From assembly GCA_050247435.1 (NCBI GenBank), contig JBFWUF010000003.1, forward strand, positions 8,564-72,563: a stretch of DNA of 64,000 nt, given 5' to 3'. The position numbers and the translations under genes are program-made. A model generated the notes under the pieces. It did no database searches and was not told the DNA's origin. It saw only the letters and a list, made by a program, of their open reading frames with translations. This DNA comes from Blastocatellales bacterium (lineage in GTDB: Bacteria; Acidobacteriota; Blastocatellia; RBC074). Positions 54,396 to 64,000 of this stretch are shown here, piece by piece (position 1 is the stretch's first letter; the number at the start of each line of letters is the position of its first letter).

Positions 54396-57300
54396 TCAAT
54401 CCAGCCTCCAACCCCACAGTGTGCGATGGCGAGTGTAGATGCGCACGGAGCCATTGTGTTCGCCGGAAACCAGCCGCTTGCCATCGGGAGAAAACGCGAC
54501 GGCGTGAACAGGCGAGTCGTGAACCCCGATGCGGGTGATGAGCTTGCGCGGGCTGACATTCCAAAGAGCGATGGTCTGATCTTCGCTTGCCGAAGCCACT
54601 TCGCGTCCGTCGGGAGAGAAGGCGACCGACTTTACCCGCGATGAGTGGCGTCCGATCACGGACTTCTCTTGCAGAGAGGTGGTTTGCCATAGCCGCACCG
54701 CGCCCTGATCTTCTCCGGTCACCAGCCAATTACCGTCGGGCGAGAATCTGACGCTGACAAGATTTATGTTTGGCAGCGTATGTTCCGCGACTAGCCTCCA
54801 TTCCGCCGTGTCCCAGAGCAGCGCTTGCCCCTGCGTCGTCACGCAAACCAATCGCCGCCCGTCCGGCGAAAAATCCATGCCGTAGATTTGCAAATAGGGC
54901 TGAGCTTCTCTCTCGACAAATCTCACGATCATTTGCCGGCGCGTGAGGTCATACACGCCGAACGAAGTCGCCAGGAACCTGCCGTCAGGAGAGATCGCAA
55001 GACAATAGCTGGAACGATCCACTTTGCTGACAGGAGATGGGAAATTGAATAGTGGCCGGCGTTGCGCGAGATCCCAGACGATGACGGCGCCATCAGCGTC
55101 GCAGGAGGCTGCGGTGGCCCCATCCGGCGAGAAAGCCACCGCCGTCACGCGCCTCTCGTGTCCCGCCAGCGCCATCTCTTTGATCCCATCCGCCAGATTC
55201 CAGATAATCACCGAGCGGTCTCCGCTCGCGGAGGCCAATCGTTTACCGCCGGCGGAGAAGCTGACGGCGCGGACTGAATCGCTGTGCTCGTTGAAACTCG
55301 CCGCCAGTTCTTTTTCGGACGCGTCCCAGAGCAGGATCGCCCCGTCCGAGTGCGCCGAAACCAGCCAGCGCCCGTCTGGAGAAAACGCCAGGCTCATCAC
55401 ATTCGCCGGGCATTTCAGGCGGGCGAGCTTCGACATTTTGATCGCGTCCCAAATGATTATGTCTTCGGCCCCAGAAGCCGCCAGCTTTCCATCAGGCGAG
55501 TACGCGACTGCGCGCCCGTGATCCTGGTGCGGGCGCTGGGATGAAAGAAGGCGCGGTTGAAATGTTTTCCAGAAGCCGCTCGTATCACAGAAAGCGACTT
55601 CGCCTCCCGATCCGGCGCTGACGAAGCGTTTGGCGTCAGGCGCGAAGGCTCCCATCGCCCAGACCGGGGGCGGGTCCGGCTCCTGGAGATCTCCTGTTTC
55701 CAGATCGTAAGTAGTCCATGTGGGAGTAAGCATGAAGCGTCCGTCAGGCGAGAGCAGAAAATAACCATACTTGAAACCCTTTGTGACAACGGTGCGAACC
55801 TTCTCCCATTTCCCGACGGCCCACACGTTCTTTTCAAAGGTGTCAGTGGGCGTGACCAGGAAGCGGCCGTCGACTGAAAAAGCGATTGCTCTGACCACGC
55901 CGCGATGACTGGGCAAGACAGCGGCTTTCGTCAATCGGGCGGCATCCCAGACGATCACTGCCCCGTTGACGCCCGCCGTCGCAAACCATTTGCCGTCAGG
56001 CGAGAAGGCGAGCGCGGTGACCCAGCCGGTGTGATCCGTGAGCGTTTTCAACCGCTCGCGCCGCGCGAAATCCCAGATGATTACCTGATTGTCTTCGCCT
56101 GATGAAACCAGCAGCCGGCCGTCGGGCGAGAAGATCACGCGCCGCGCCGCCGCCGTGTGGCCGTCGCGCAGCAATTTCTCTTCCCACGTTTCATTCAACG
56201 AAGCCCAGGCGGCCATTGCCGCCGCCACAGCGGCCATCGCAATCGCCGCCGCGCTCATCTTCATCAATCTGCGGCTGGAGAGCGTTTCGATCCGCCGCTT
56301 CAACCGCTTCAACTCATCCAACATCTCACCCGCCGATGCGTACCGCTCCTCGCGGTTGGGTCGCAGCGCCTTGCGGATGATTCGCTGCAACTCTCTTGGA
56401 ACGCGGTCGAACGCTGCGCTCTTCGAAAGCGGATAGTCGCCGCTGGTCAACGCCTGTGAAGCTTCCGCGCGCGTGGGGCCGGTGAAGAGCCGCTCTCCGG
56501 TGACCATCTCGAACAACACCACGCCGAGCGAAAATATATCGGTGCGGCCGTCGAGCTGTTCGCCGCGCGCCTGCTCAGGCGACATATAACTGGCCGTGCC
56601 CATAATCGCGCCGGGAGTGGTGAGCGATGGGGAGGCGGAGGGAGTGGGAGAGGGAGAGAGAGGGGGAGGGGGAGAGAGGGGGGAATGTGAAACAATCGCT
56701 CTCCCCCTCTCCGGCTCTCCCACTCCCCCATTCTCCCGCTCTTCCCCTGTCAGCTTGGCGATGCCGAAATCGAGAACCTTCACGAGGTCGTCTTTGCGCA
56801 CCATGATGTTTTCAGGCTTGATGTCGCGGTGAATGATCCACGCGGTGTGCGCGGCCTTGATCGCGCTGGCGACCTGAATGGCGATCTCAATCGCTTTTTC
56901 GACTCCGATCTCCCGCTGCTCTTTTGTCAGAGGATCGGTCAGCATCTCGCGCAGCGTCCGGCCCTCGACGTATTCGGTGGCGATGAAGTGCGCTCCGTTG
57001 GTGTGAATGATTTCGTAAATGGTGATGATGTTTGGGTGATTGAGCGCCGACGTCGTGCGCGCCTCCTGCTCGAATCGGCGCACCCGTTCGGCGTCGGCGG
57101 TGAATTCGGTGGGGAGCATTTTCAACGCCACCGTGCGTTGAAGGATTTCGTCACGGGCCTTCCAAACTACACCCATTCCCCCCGCGCCGAGCCGCGTCTT
57201 GACCAGATAATGACTGATCCGCTCTCCTTCGAGCGGCTTTGACGGCTTGCCGCCGTCACTGACCGGAGACTCGATAAAATCTTCAGCCGCCGATTCAAGG

Positions 57301-57440
57301 TTGAACAGGGCCTCTACTTCGCGGCGCAGCGACTCATCGCCATTGCAAGCCTCTTTCAGAAAGGCCGCGCGCTCATCCGGCTTCATGTCAATAGCAGCCT
57401 GTAGGATTTCATCAATCTGTCTCTTGCGTTCTTTGTCCAT
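54396..57440 (-). CDS. Hanks-type Ser/Thr kinase with TM segment and C-terminal WD40 repeats
   Basis: LGAGGMGVV, VALK, HRDIKPEN, DFG, GTASYMSPEQ, DIFSLG; many GH...AFSPDG...WD repeats. Confidence 0.95.
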   Translation of the reverse strand: MDKERKRQIDEILQAAIDMKPDERAAFLKEACNGDESLRREVEALFNLESAAEDFIESPVSDGGKPSKPLEGERISHYLVKTRLGAGGMGVVWKARDEILQRTVALKMLPTEFTADAERVRRFEQEARTTSALNHPNIITIYEIIHTNGAHFIATEYVEGRTLREMLTDPLTKEQREIGVEKAIEIAIQVASAIKAAHTAWIIHRDIKPENIMVRKDDLVKVLDFGIAKLTGEERENGGVGEPERGRAIVSHSPLSPPPPLSPSPTPSASPSLTTPGAIMGTASYMSPEQARGEQLDGRTDIFSLGVVLFEMVTGERLFTGPTRAEASQALTSGDYPLSKSAAFDRVPRELQRIIRKALRPNREERYASAGEMLDELKRLKRRIETLSSRRLMKMSAAAIAMAAVAAAMAAWASLNETWEEKLLRDGHTAAARRVIFSPDGRLLVSSGEDNQVIIWDFARRERLKTLTDHTGWVTALAFSPDGKWFATAGVNGAVIVWDAARLTKAAVLPSHRGVVRAIAFSVDGRFLVTPTDTFEKNVWAVGKWEKVRTVVTKGFKYGYFLLSPDGRFMLTPTWTTYDLETGDLQEPDPPPVWAMGAFAPDAKRFVSAGSGGEVAFCDTSGFWKTFQPRLLSSQRPHQDHGRAVAYSPDGKLAASGAEDIIIWDAIKMSKLARLKCPANVMSLAFSPDGRWLVSAHSDGAILLWDASEKELAASFNEHSDSVRAVSFSAGGKRLASASGDRSVIIWNLADGIKEMALAGHERRVTAVAFSPDGATAASCDADGAVIVWDLAQRRPLFNFPSPVSKVDRSSYCLAISPDGRFLATSFGVYDLTRRQMIVRFVEREAQPYLQIYGMDFSPDGRRLVCVTTQGQALLWDTAEWRLVAEHTLPNINLVSVRFSPDGNWLVTGEDQGAVRLWQTTSLQEKSVIGRHSSRVKSVAFSPDGREVASASEDQTIALWNVSPRKLITRIGVHDSPVHAVAFSPDGKRLVSGEHNGSVRIYTRHRTLWGWRLD

Positions 57441-58029
57441 CGTCTGATTTCCCGGCGCCGTTCAGTTCGCTCAACAGCCACAGTTTCGCCGTGCGCCAGT
57501 CGCGTTTCACCATGTCTTCAGTGACGCCCATCGCTTCGGCTGTCTCTTCGATGGTCAGGCCGCCAAAGTAGCGCAATTCGACTACGCGGCATTTGCGCGG
57601 CGCGAATTCTTCCAGACGCTCCAACGCCTCATCGAGCGCGATCAGTTCCACGTCGCGCTGTTCGGACACAAGCAGAGCCTCGTCAAACGAGACGCGAGTG
57701 AAATCCGCGCCGCGTTTTCCATAGCCGCGCCGCCGGGCCTCTTCGACCAGCACGCGCCTCATCAGCCGCGCGGCGATACCGAAGAAATGTTTGCGGTCAC
57801 TCCATTCTATGTTGGCTGGCCGGTCGTCGCCGATCAGCCGCAGGCATGCCTCGTGCACCAGCGTTCCGGTCTGCACCGCATGGCCATCGCGTTCGCGGCG
57901 CAAACATTGCCGGGCCAACTGCTGCAGCTCGGCGTAAACCATCTGGAAGAGACGGTCGAGCGCCTGCTCGTCACCGCCGCTCCATTTCAGGAGCAGTTGC
58001 GTCACTTCGCCTGGCGATTGTGTGCTCAT
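57412..58029 (-). CDS. ECF sigma factor, TIGR02999-like (kinase-associated)
   Basis: EVTQLLLKWSGGD...LVHEA, FFGIAARLMRRVLVEEAR, VVELRYFGGLTIEETAE, RDWRTAKLWL. Overlaps the kinase start. Confidence 0.92.
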   Translation of the reverse strand: MSTQSPGEVTQLLLKWSGGDEQALDRLFQMVYAELQQLARQCLRRERDGHAVQTGTLVHEACLRLIGDDRPANIEWSDRKHFFGIAARLMRRVLVEEARRRGYGKRGADFTRVSFDEALLVSEQRDVELIALDEALERLEEFAPRKCRVVELRYFGGLTIEETAEAMGVTEDMVKRDWRTAKLWLLSELNGAGKSDDGQRTQETD

Positions 58030-58463
58030 AGGACACTTTCTCCACATGCGTTGAATTGGACTGCCGGACGCGGCCAGACGCCGGAAGCTGAAGAGAATCG
58101 GATCATGCGCCTGGGACCGAAGAAAATTTTTCACCGCCTCCGCCACATCCGCCACTTCTGGCCAAATTCGCGCATGTAATAGATATAAAGCCAATGCCAA
58201 GTGGGCCGGTGGCGGCAATGATAAATTGCCTGACTGCTGAAGAGGTCTGCAATTTATCACCCGCCATCAGCCGCTGGCAACGAAGTTTCAGCCTAAAAAC
58301 CGATGCGGAGGCGCCGAACAGCCTCTGCCTTTTATCGCTTCCTCTTTGTATTCATATGCTGCTAGGATTGGCGACAGTGATCGCAAGAAGCGGCATGATC
58401 GAGAACCTGCCGTGAATTGTGGTTCGCGGCCCGTTGAATTTCGAAACTTCGAGGTATGGCAAG

Positions 58464-59087
58464 ATGAAGAAAACGGTTCTTAAATCAACCCTGGCTTTGA
58501 TTGTATTGTTCGGCTCGGCAACGGCCGGTTACGCGCAGGCGGCCCAGGACACTCCGGAATCGGTCGCCAAAGCGTATTTCGCCGCGATGCAGGCTAGCGA
58601 TTGGGCGAAATGCGCGAGCTACATGCACTCCGACGCGCTTGCTTCGATGAAACGCACATTCGGCTCCGTCGTCAGCGCCGATAAATCGAGTGAGTCGGCC
58701 AGGATGATCTTTGGGTTGAAGAGCGGCGCTGAATACTCGCAACTCAGCGAGGCGGCGGTCTTCGAGCGGCTGATGAGCTTCATCATCGGCATCGTGCCGG
58801 ACATGAAGACTGCTCTGGCCTCTTCGACAAACTCGATCCTGGGGCGTGTGGATGAAAGTCCCGGCCTCGTCCACATCGTTTACCGCACGCGGATCAAGGT
58901 GGGGAGCGCGGAAGTGAGCGAGGTCGAGCTGATGAGTTTCAGGAAGCAGGGCGCGACATGGCGCGCTTTGCTGACTTCGGATATGGAGGAGATGTTCAAC
59001 AAGTTCGCCGAAGGAATGGCTCCCGCTTCGAAGGAGGAAGAGAAGAACGCGCCCGCAGGGGCCGGGAAATCCGATCGGAAGCCTTAG
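58464..59087 (+). CDS. Secreted hypothetical protein (NTF2-like fold possible)
   Basis: Signal peptide ending [22 protein letters not shown] start and ...KQGATWR end. Confidence 0.75.
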   Translation: MKKTVLKSTLALIVLFGSATAGYAQAAQDTPESVAKAYFAAMQASDWAKCASYMHSDALASMKRTFGSVVSADKSSESARMIFGLKSGAEYSQLSEAAVFERLMSFIIGIVPDMKTALASSTNSILGRVDESPGLVHIVYRTRIKVGSAEVSEVELMSFRKQGATWRALLTSDMEEMFNKFAEGMAPASKEEEKNAPAGAGKSDRKP

Positions 59088-59124
59088 TGGAGCGAGGTTC
59101 AGCTTCCTGTTAAGATTAAAGCCT

Positions 59125-60375
59125 ATGGTAAAGACAAATACTATTAACCACTCTGTCCCACGAATTGAGTTTTTGCGGGTAAAGAATTACCGCGCGTTGC
59201 GAGATTTGGAATTGAAAGACCTGAAGCCATTGACGGTCTTTCTGGGACCAAATGGAAGTGGTAAATCAACCCTCTTTGATGTTTTTGCGTTTCTGTCAGA
59301 GTGTTTCTCGGTGGGGCTTCGCAAGGCGTGGGACAGGCGAGGGCGATTCAAAGAATTAAGGACGCGCGGGGCAGAAGGCCCAATCCTGATTGAGTTGAAA
59401 TATCGTGAAAGGCCTGAGGCCCCAATAATCACATATCATTTAGCAATTGATGAGAATAACAAAGGCCCATTTGTAGCCGAAGAATGGTTACAGTGGAGGC
59501 GACAGGGCAGACATGGCTTGCCGTTCAAGTTTCTGAACTTTCATGAGGGCCGAGGACAAGTCATCTCTGGAGAGCTACCAGATGAACATGATGAACGTAT
59601 TGATGAGCAGCTTGATTCGCCTGAAGTGCTTGCCGTCAACACGCTCGGCCAATTTGCCAAGCACCCACGCGCAAGCGCATTACGTCGCTTCATCACTGGT
59701 TGGTATCTTTCCTATCTGACAGCGGACAGCGCGCGGGGCGTGCCTGAGGCCGGCCCACAGGAACGTTTGTCCGCGACTGGTGATAATCTGCCGAATGTCA
59801 TCCAGTACCTAAAGGAGCAGCATCCGGAGCGCCTTGCCGAAATCCTTAAGATTCTGTCCCAGCGCGTGCCGCAATTGGAAAAAGTGGACGCCAGTCTGAT
59901 GCCTGATGGCCGGTTGCTTCTGCAAATCAAGGATGCTCCGTTTACCGAGCCGATACTTGCCAAGTTTGCTTCTGATGGAACACTCAAGATGTTGTCCTAT
60001 CTGGCAGTGTTGCATGATCCTGATCCGCCACAATTGATAGGCATTGAGGAACCAGAGAATCATTTACACCCTCGTCTCTTACCGGAACTCGTTGAAGAAT
60101 GCCGCAATGTCTCAAGCCGCACTCAGTTAATGGTCACAACCCACTCTCCATTTTTCGTCAGTGGATTGAGACAGGATGAACTCTGGGTCCTTTACCGCGA
60201 CGGCAGCGGGTTCACTCAAGCCAGGCGCGCCTCGGATATGAAAGGTATTAACGAGATGATGGAAGCTGGAGGAAAACTTGGTCAACTCTGGATGGAAGGC
60301 TTTTTTGAAGTCGGTGATCCTTTGAAAAACGCTGGCGGGCCTCAGTTCAATGGCGCGGCAAGCCGTAAGGCGTGA
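59125..60375 (+). CDS. AAA_21/COG4637-type ABC ATPase (no TM domain)
   Basis: RVKNYRAL, Walker [10 protein letters not shown], signature ASDGT, Walker [14 protein letters not shown]-loop VTTHSP. Confidence 0.92.
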   Translation: MVKTNTINHSVPRIEFLRVKNYRALRDLELKDLKPLTVFLGPNGSGKSTLFDVFAFLSECFSVGLRKAWDRRGRFKELRTRGAEGPILIELKYRERPEAPIITYHLAIDENNKGPFVAEEWLQWRRQGRHGLPFKFLNFHEGRGQVISGELPDEHDERIDEQLDSPEVLAVNTLGQFAKHPRASALRRFITGWYLSYLTADSARGVPEAGPQERLSATGDNLPNVIQYLKEQHPERLAEILKILSQRVPQLEKVDASLMPDGRLLLQIKDAPFTEPILAKFASDGTLKMLSYLAVLHDPDPPQLIGIEEPENHLHPRLLPELVEECRNVSSRTQLMVTTHSPFFVSGLRQDELWVLYRDGSGFTQARRASDMKGINEMMEAGGKLGQLWMEGFFEVGDPLKNAGGPQFNGAASRKA

Positions 60376-60390
60376 GGAGGGTGATCAGGC

Positions 60391-61011
60391 ATGCACCTTG
60401 AAATCATGGTTGAAGAACCATCGGCTGAAGCTGCTCTCGAAAACCTCTTGCCTAAAATGTTGGCATCAGACATCACATTCAAACTCCACAACTTTCAATC
60501 AAAGCTCACTTTGCTAGCGGAACTTCCCAAACGCATGAAAGGGTATAGGCCATGGCTGCCGGCCGATTGGCGTATTGTAGTTTTGATAGATGAAGATCGT
60601 CAGGATTGCGAAGAATTGAAAGGCTCGCTTGAACGTGCGGCCACCGATGTCGGGTTCGCAACAAAAAGCACAGCGACCCACCCAAAAGGCTTTCAGGTGT
60701 TGAACAGAATTGTGATTGAAGAACTTGAAGCCTGGTTCTTCGGCGATGCCGAAGCCATTGTCGCTGCTTATCCGCGAGTTCCACCGACTCTGGGCAAGAA
60801 AGAAAAGTATCGTGATCCTGATGCGATCAAGGGAGGAACCTGGGAAGCGCTGGAAAGGGTTTTGCAGCAATACGGCTATTACTCAGCAGGGCTTCCAAAA
60901 ATCGAAGTGGCGAGGACGATATCCCAGCATATGATGCCGGAGCGAAATTGTTCGAAGAGCTTCAATGTTTTCAGAAGCGGGCTTGAGGCGCTGATCGAAA
61001 GCTTAATCTGA
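60391..61011 (+). CDS. DUF4276-like (TOPRIM-like) protein
   Basis: MHLEIMVEEPS, VVLIDED, EELEAWFFGD, N.S.SF C-terminal pattern. GAGGAGG RBS, 15 nt after the ATPase stop. Confidence 0.85.
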   Translation: MHLEIMVEEPSAEAALENLLPKMLASDITFKLHNFQSKLTLLAELPKRMKGYRPWLPADWRIVVLIDEDRQDCEELKGSLERAATDVGFATKSTATHPKGFQVLNRIVIEELEAWFFGDAEAIVAAYPRVPPTLGKKEKYRDPDAIKGGTWEALERVLQQYGYYSAGLPKIEVARTISQHMMPERNCSKSFNVFRSGLEALIESLI

Positions 61012-61029
61012 ACTGCAAAATGACTGGTA

Positions 61030-62856
61030 ATGTCTGATCATCACGAAGAAGAACAACTCGGTAAACTTTACGACGCCCGCGCCGCGCGGCGATTGATTCG
61101 TTACCTCGCGCCTTACAAACGGCTGGTGGTCGTCGCGCTGGTTTTGACCGTCGGGCTTAACCTCGTGCGCCAAGTCGGGCCGCTGTTGACCAAATGGGTG
61201 ATTGACGATTACGTCAAGCCTGCGTCGGAAGGCGCGATGAGCTTCGACAGGGCGTTTCAGGGAATAACGATACTCAGCGTCGTTTACATCCTGTCGCTCG
61301 TGATCACGCTCGGCATCGGATATTTTCAGGATGTGCTGCTCAACACCATCGGGCAGCGGGTGATGTATGACCTGCGGGAGCAGATCTTCGCCAAGCTGCA
61401 AACCATCGAGGTCGCGTTTTATGACTCGAACCCCGTTGGGCGTTTGATCACCAGGTTGACCACCGACGTTGACGCGCTGAACGAACTGTTCACGTCGGGG
61501 ATGGTTGAAGTGCTCGGCGATGTCGTGCTGATCGCGGGCGCGCTGGGAATGATGTTCTATTTCGACTGGCGGCTCGCGCTAGTGTCGTTGATGGTCGTGC
61601 CGCTGCTGATCGCGGCCACCGCCTGGTTTCGCAGGGGCGCGCGCGAAGGCTTTCGCCAGGTTCGGACGAAGATCGCGCGGTTGAACGCCTTCACGCAGGA
61701 ACACATTTCGGGCGCTCAAACCGTTCAGTTGTTCAACCGCGAAGAGAAGGCTCTCACGGCATTTTCCGACATCAACGCGGCGCACCTGAAGGCCAACATT
61801 GACACGATCTTTTATTACGCAGTCTTCTATCCACTGGTCAACCTGATCTCGGCCATCGGCATCGCGGCGATTGTCTGGTACGGCGGAGGACAAGTTGTTC
61901 AGAACGCCATCACCATCGGCACGCTCGTGGCTTTTCTGCAATACACCCAGCGGTTGTGGCAGCCGATTCAGGACATCAGCGACAAATATAACGTCTTCCA
62001 GGCGGCGGTCGTCGCCAGCGAACGCATCTTCAGACTGCTCGATTCAGAGGACAAGGTCACTTCGCCTGAACACCCCCGGTTGCCTGTGACAGGCGCGCGC
62101 GCCGTTGGCCGGATGGAGTTCCGCAACGTCTGGTTCGCGTATAAAGACGAAGACTGGGTGTTGAAAGACGTCTCGTTCACCGTTGAGCCGGGCGAATCGG
62201 TGGCGTTTGTCGGCGCGACCGGGTCAGGCAAAACGACGATCACGAATCTGCTGATGAGGTTTTACGACATTCAGCGTGGCGAGATTCTGCTCGACGGCGT
62301 TGATATTCGTGAGTGGGATTTGCGCAAGCTGCGCGAGAACTTCGCGGTTGTCTTGCAGGATGTCTTTCTGTTTTCCGGTGACATCGCCGGAAACATCCGG
62401 CTCGGCAATGAGTCAATTGACGAGCCTCGCGTCGAGTGGGCGGCGCGCGAAGTTCGCGCGGCCAATTTCATCGAAAAGCTGCCGGATCGTTACGCGGCGA
62501 AAGTGTGGGAGCGCGGCGCCGGTTTTTCCGTGGGACAAAAACAACTGATCTCCTTCGCGCGCGCGCTGGCTTTCGATCCGCGAATATTGATCCTCGACGA
62601 AGCCACTTCGAGCATAGACACCGAGACAGAGCAATTGATTCAGCAGGCCATCGAGCGGTTGATGGCCGGCCGCACGTCGCTGATCATCGCGCATCGCCTC
62701 TCGACGATTCAGCGGGTCAACAAGATCATCGTGCTGCACAAGGGCGAGATTCGTGAAATGGGCAGCCATCAGGAACTGCTCGCCCATCGCGGGGTATACT
62801 TTAAGCTCTATCAACTGCAATACAAAGAACAGGCCCTGATCGCCGCGAGTGATTAA
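61030..62856 (+). CDS. ABC exporter, fused permease/ATPase (MsbA/MdlB-like)
   Basis: 6-TM domain, [33 protein letters not shown]. Confidence 0.95.
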   Translation: MSDHHEEEQLGKLYDARAARRLIRYLAPYKRLVVVALVLTVGLNLVRQVGPLLTKWVIDDYVKPASEGAMSFDRAFQGITILSVVYILSLVITLGIGYFQDVLLNTIGQRVMYDLREQIFAKLQTIEVAFYDSNPVGRLITRLTTDVDALNELFTSGMVEVLGDVVLIAGALGMMFYFDWRLALVSLMVVPLLIAATAWFRRGAREGFRQVRTKIARLNAFTQEHISGAQTVQLFNREEKALTAFSDINAAHLKANIDTIFYYAVFYPLVNLISAIGIAAIVWYGGGQVVQNAITIGTLVAFLQYTQRLWQPIQDISDKYNVFQAAVVASERIFRLLDSEDKVTSPEHPRLPVTGARAVGRMEFRNVWFAYKDEDWVLKDVSFTVEPGESVAFVGATGSGKTTITNLLMRFYDIQRGEILLDGVDIREWDLRKLRENFAVVLQDVFLFSGDIAGNIRLGNESIDEPRVEWAAREVRAANFIEKLPDRYAAKVWERGAGFSVGQKQLISFARALAFDPRILILDEATSSIDTETEQLIQQAIERLMAGRTSLIIAHRLSTIQRVNKIIVLHKGEIREMGSHQELLAHRGVYFKLYQLQYKEQALIAASD

Positions 62857-63140
62857 TGAGACGGAAAAAAGATGCGGGCAACCGATCAATCGCGACCTCA
62901 TTCTAACGGCTCCGCACGCGGTTTTGGCGTCTGTTGCGTTGTTTAATCGCTGTTGATCACTTGAAAAATTTCGGTTTGACCAATCAAATTCGCTCGTGTA
63001 TATTGCCGTTCGCGTTTGACGCCACAGCGTGATTTTCCTCACGCGTCTTTACAAATACCGGAAGCGATCCTCCGCGCCATCAAATTGGCATACCCCCAAT
63101 TCTGGCTAGCCTCGAACCTTCCGGCTCCGCGTCGCGACAT

Positions 63141-63217
<77 letters not shown>

Positions 63218-63430
63218 TTACTCAACTGAGTCATCTGTTTGCTTAAGAGTTATTCGCCCGACAGAGGCTCTCCCACTGATGACAACTCACACATATCTAC
63301 ACACAACCTGGATTGATTGTCGAAGTTCGTTACAGTGGCTGGCTACAGGTTCGTAGCATCGAAGTGGTACGTCCAGTCCTGGTATCAATCATGTGTTGCC
63401 CCCCGAAAACTGAAAAGGAGTTGTTAACCT

Positions 63431-64000
63431 ATGTCTGTCATGAGGGGCTTGTTCCTCCGACATTTACTTACTGTGTTACCCATAAAAACATTTCGCTCTA
63501 GAACAACCACACTTCTTCTCGTTCTTGCCTGCATCCTCGGCGTCACTGCGGTCTCGACGGATTTGATCCTGTCAGGGTTAGCCGCGCGCCGTTCGCGGGC
63601 TGAAAAGAGAACCAACACAATCCCGACTTCAATCCCGAAACTGCCGCCGATGACCTCGCGCGGCCCTCTTGCGTCATCGAACGCCTGCGCGGTTCCATTC
63701 GCTCCCTTTCAGGGATGCACGGTGAACTGCACGGCAAACGTTCCCGCAAATGGACAAAGCGGAGCCGCGGTTTCGTTCTCGGCGACCGCGAACGCGTCAG
63801 GGTGTTCGTCGCAACCGACCTATGCCTGGAATTTCGGTGACGGCTCGCAATCATCCCAACAAAATCCGAGCCACACTTACAGTACCGCGGGGACGTACAC
63901 CTGGACGCTGACTACCTCGGTCAGCAGCGGTTCGCAAACGATTGACACAATCGCGGGCGGTTTGGGCGAAGGCAACCCGGTGTCGCAGGCGCCGTTCGGA
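63431..64000 (+). CDS. Secreted PKD-domain protein (5' part; runs off the window end)
   Basis: Manual translation: AAAGGAG RBS, ATG 63431, hydrophobic LLLVLACILGV, then PTYAWNFGDGSQSSQQNPSHTYSTAGTYTWTLT (PKD signature) and IDTIAGG. Frame open to 64000. Confidence 0.85.
   Translation, partial: MSVMRGLFLRHLLTVLPIKTFRSRTTTLLLVLACILGVTAVSTDLILSGLAARRSRAEKRTNTIPTSIPKLPPMTSRGPLASSNACAVPFAPFQGCTVNCTANVPANGQSGAAVSFSATANASGCSSQPTYAWNFGDGSQSSQQNPSHTYSTAGTYTWTLTTSVSSGSQTIDTIAGGLGEGNPVSQAPFG

Overview
GC-rich bacterial chromosome segment, most likely Acidobacteriota (Blastocatellia-like). This inference rests on two Oar-type TonB-dependent receptors, a TIGR03437-like C-terminal domain, a planctomycete-type cytochrome c/DUF1549/DUF1553-DUF1501 pair and a TIGR02999-type ECF sigma/kinase pair. 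Core clusters are pgk-tpiA-secG-tRNA-Leu, der-tgt-yajC-secD-secF, tonB-exbB-exbD-exbD-TPR lipoprotein, a two-component system, rnpB and tRNA-Thr. Accessory items are an orphan DNA methyltransferase, a decayed DsrE/PIN toxin-antitoxin junction, an ABC-ATPase + DUF4276-like (TOPRIM) pair and a Cys-rich secreted protein. The most striking signal is a set of short tandem 7-, 8- and 9/10-mer arrays, often arranged as inverted pairs. They bracket a four-helix-bundle gene inside an operon, occupy three helices of an enlarged (about 545 nt) RNase P RNA, and sit in frame inside proteins, including a kinase activation loop. SecF also carries an apparent ComEA-like helix-hairpin-helix insertion. All family assignments come from motif recognition by eye, not from database searches.
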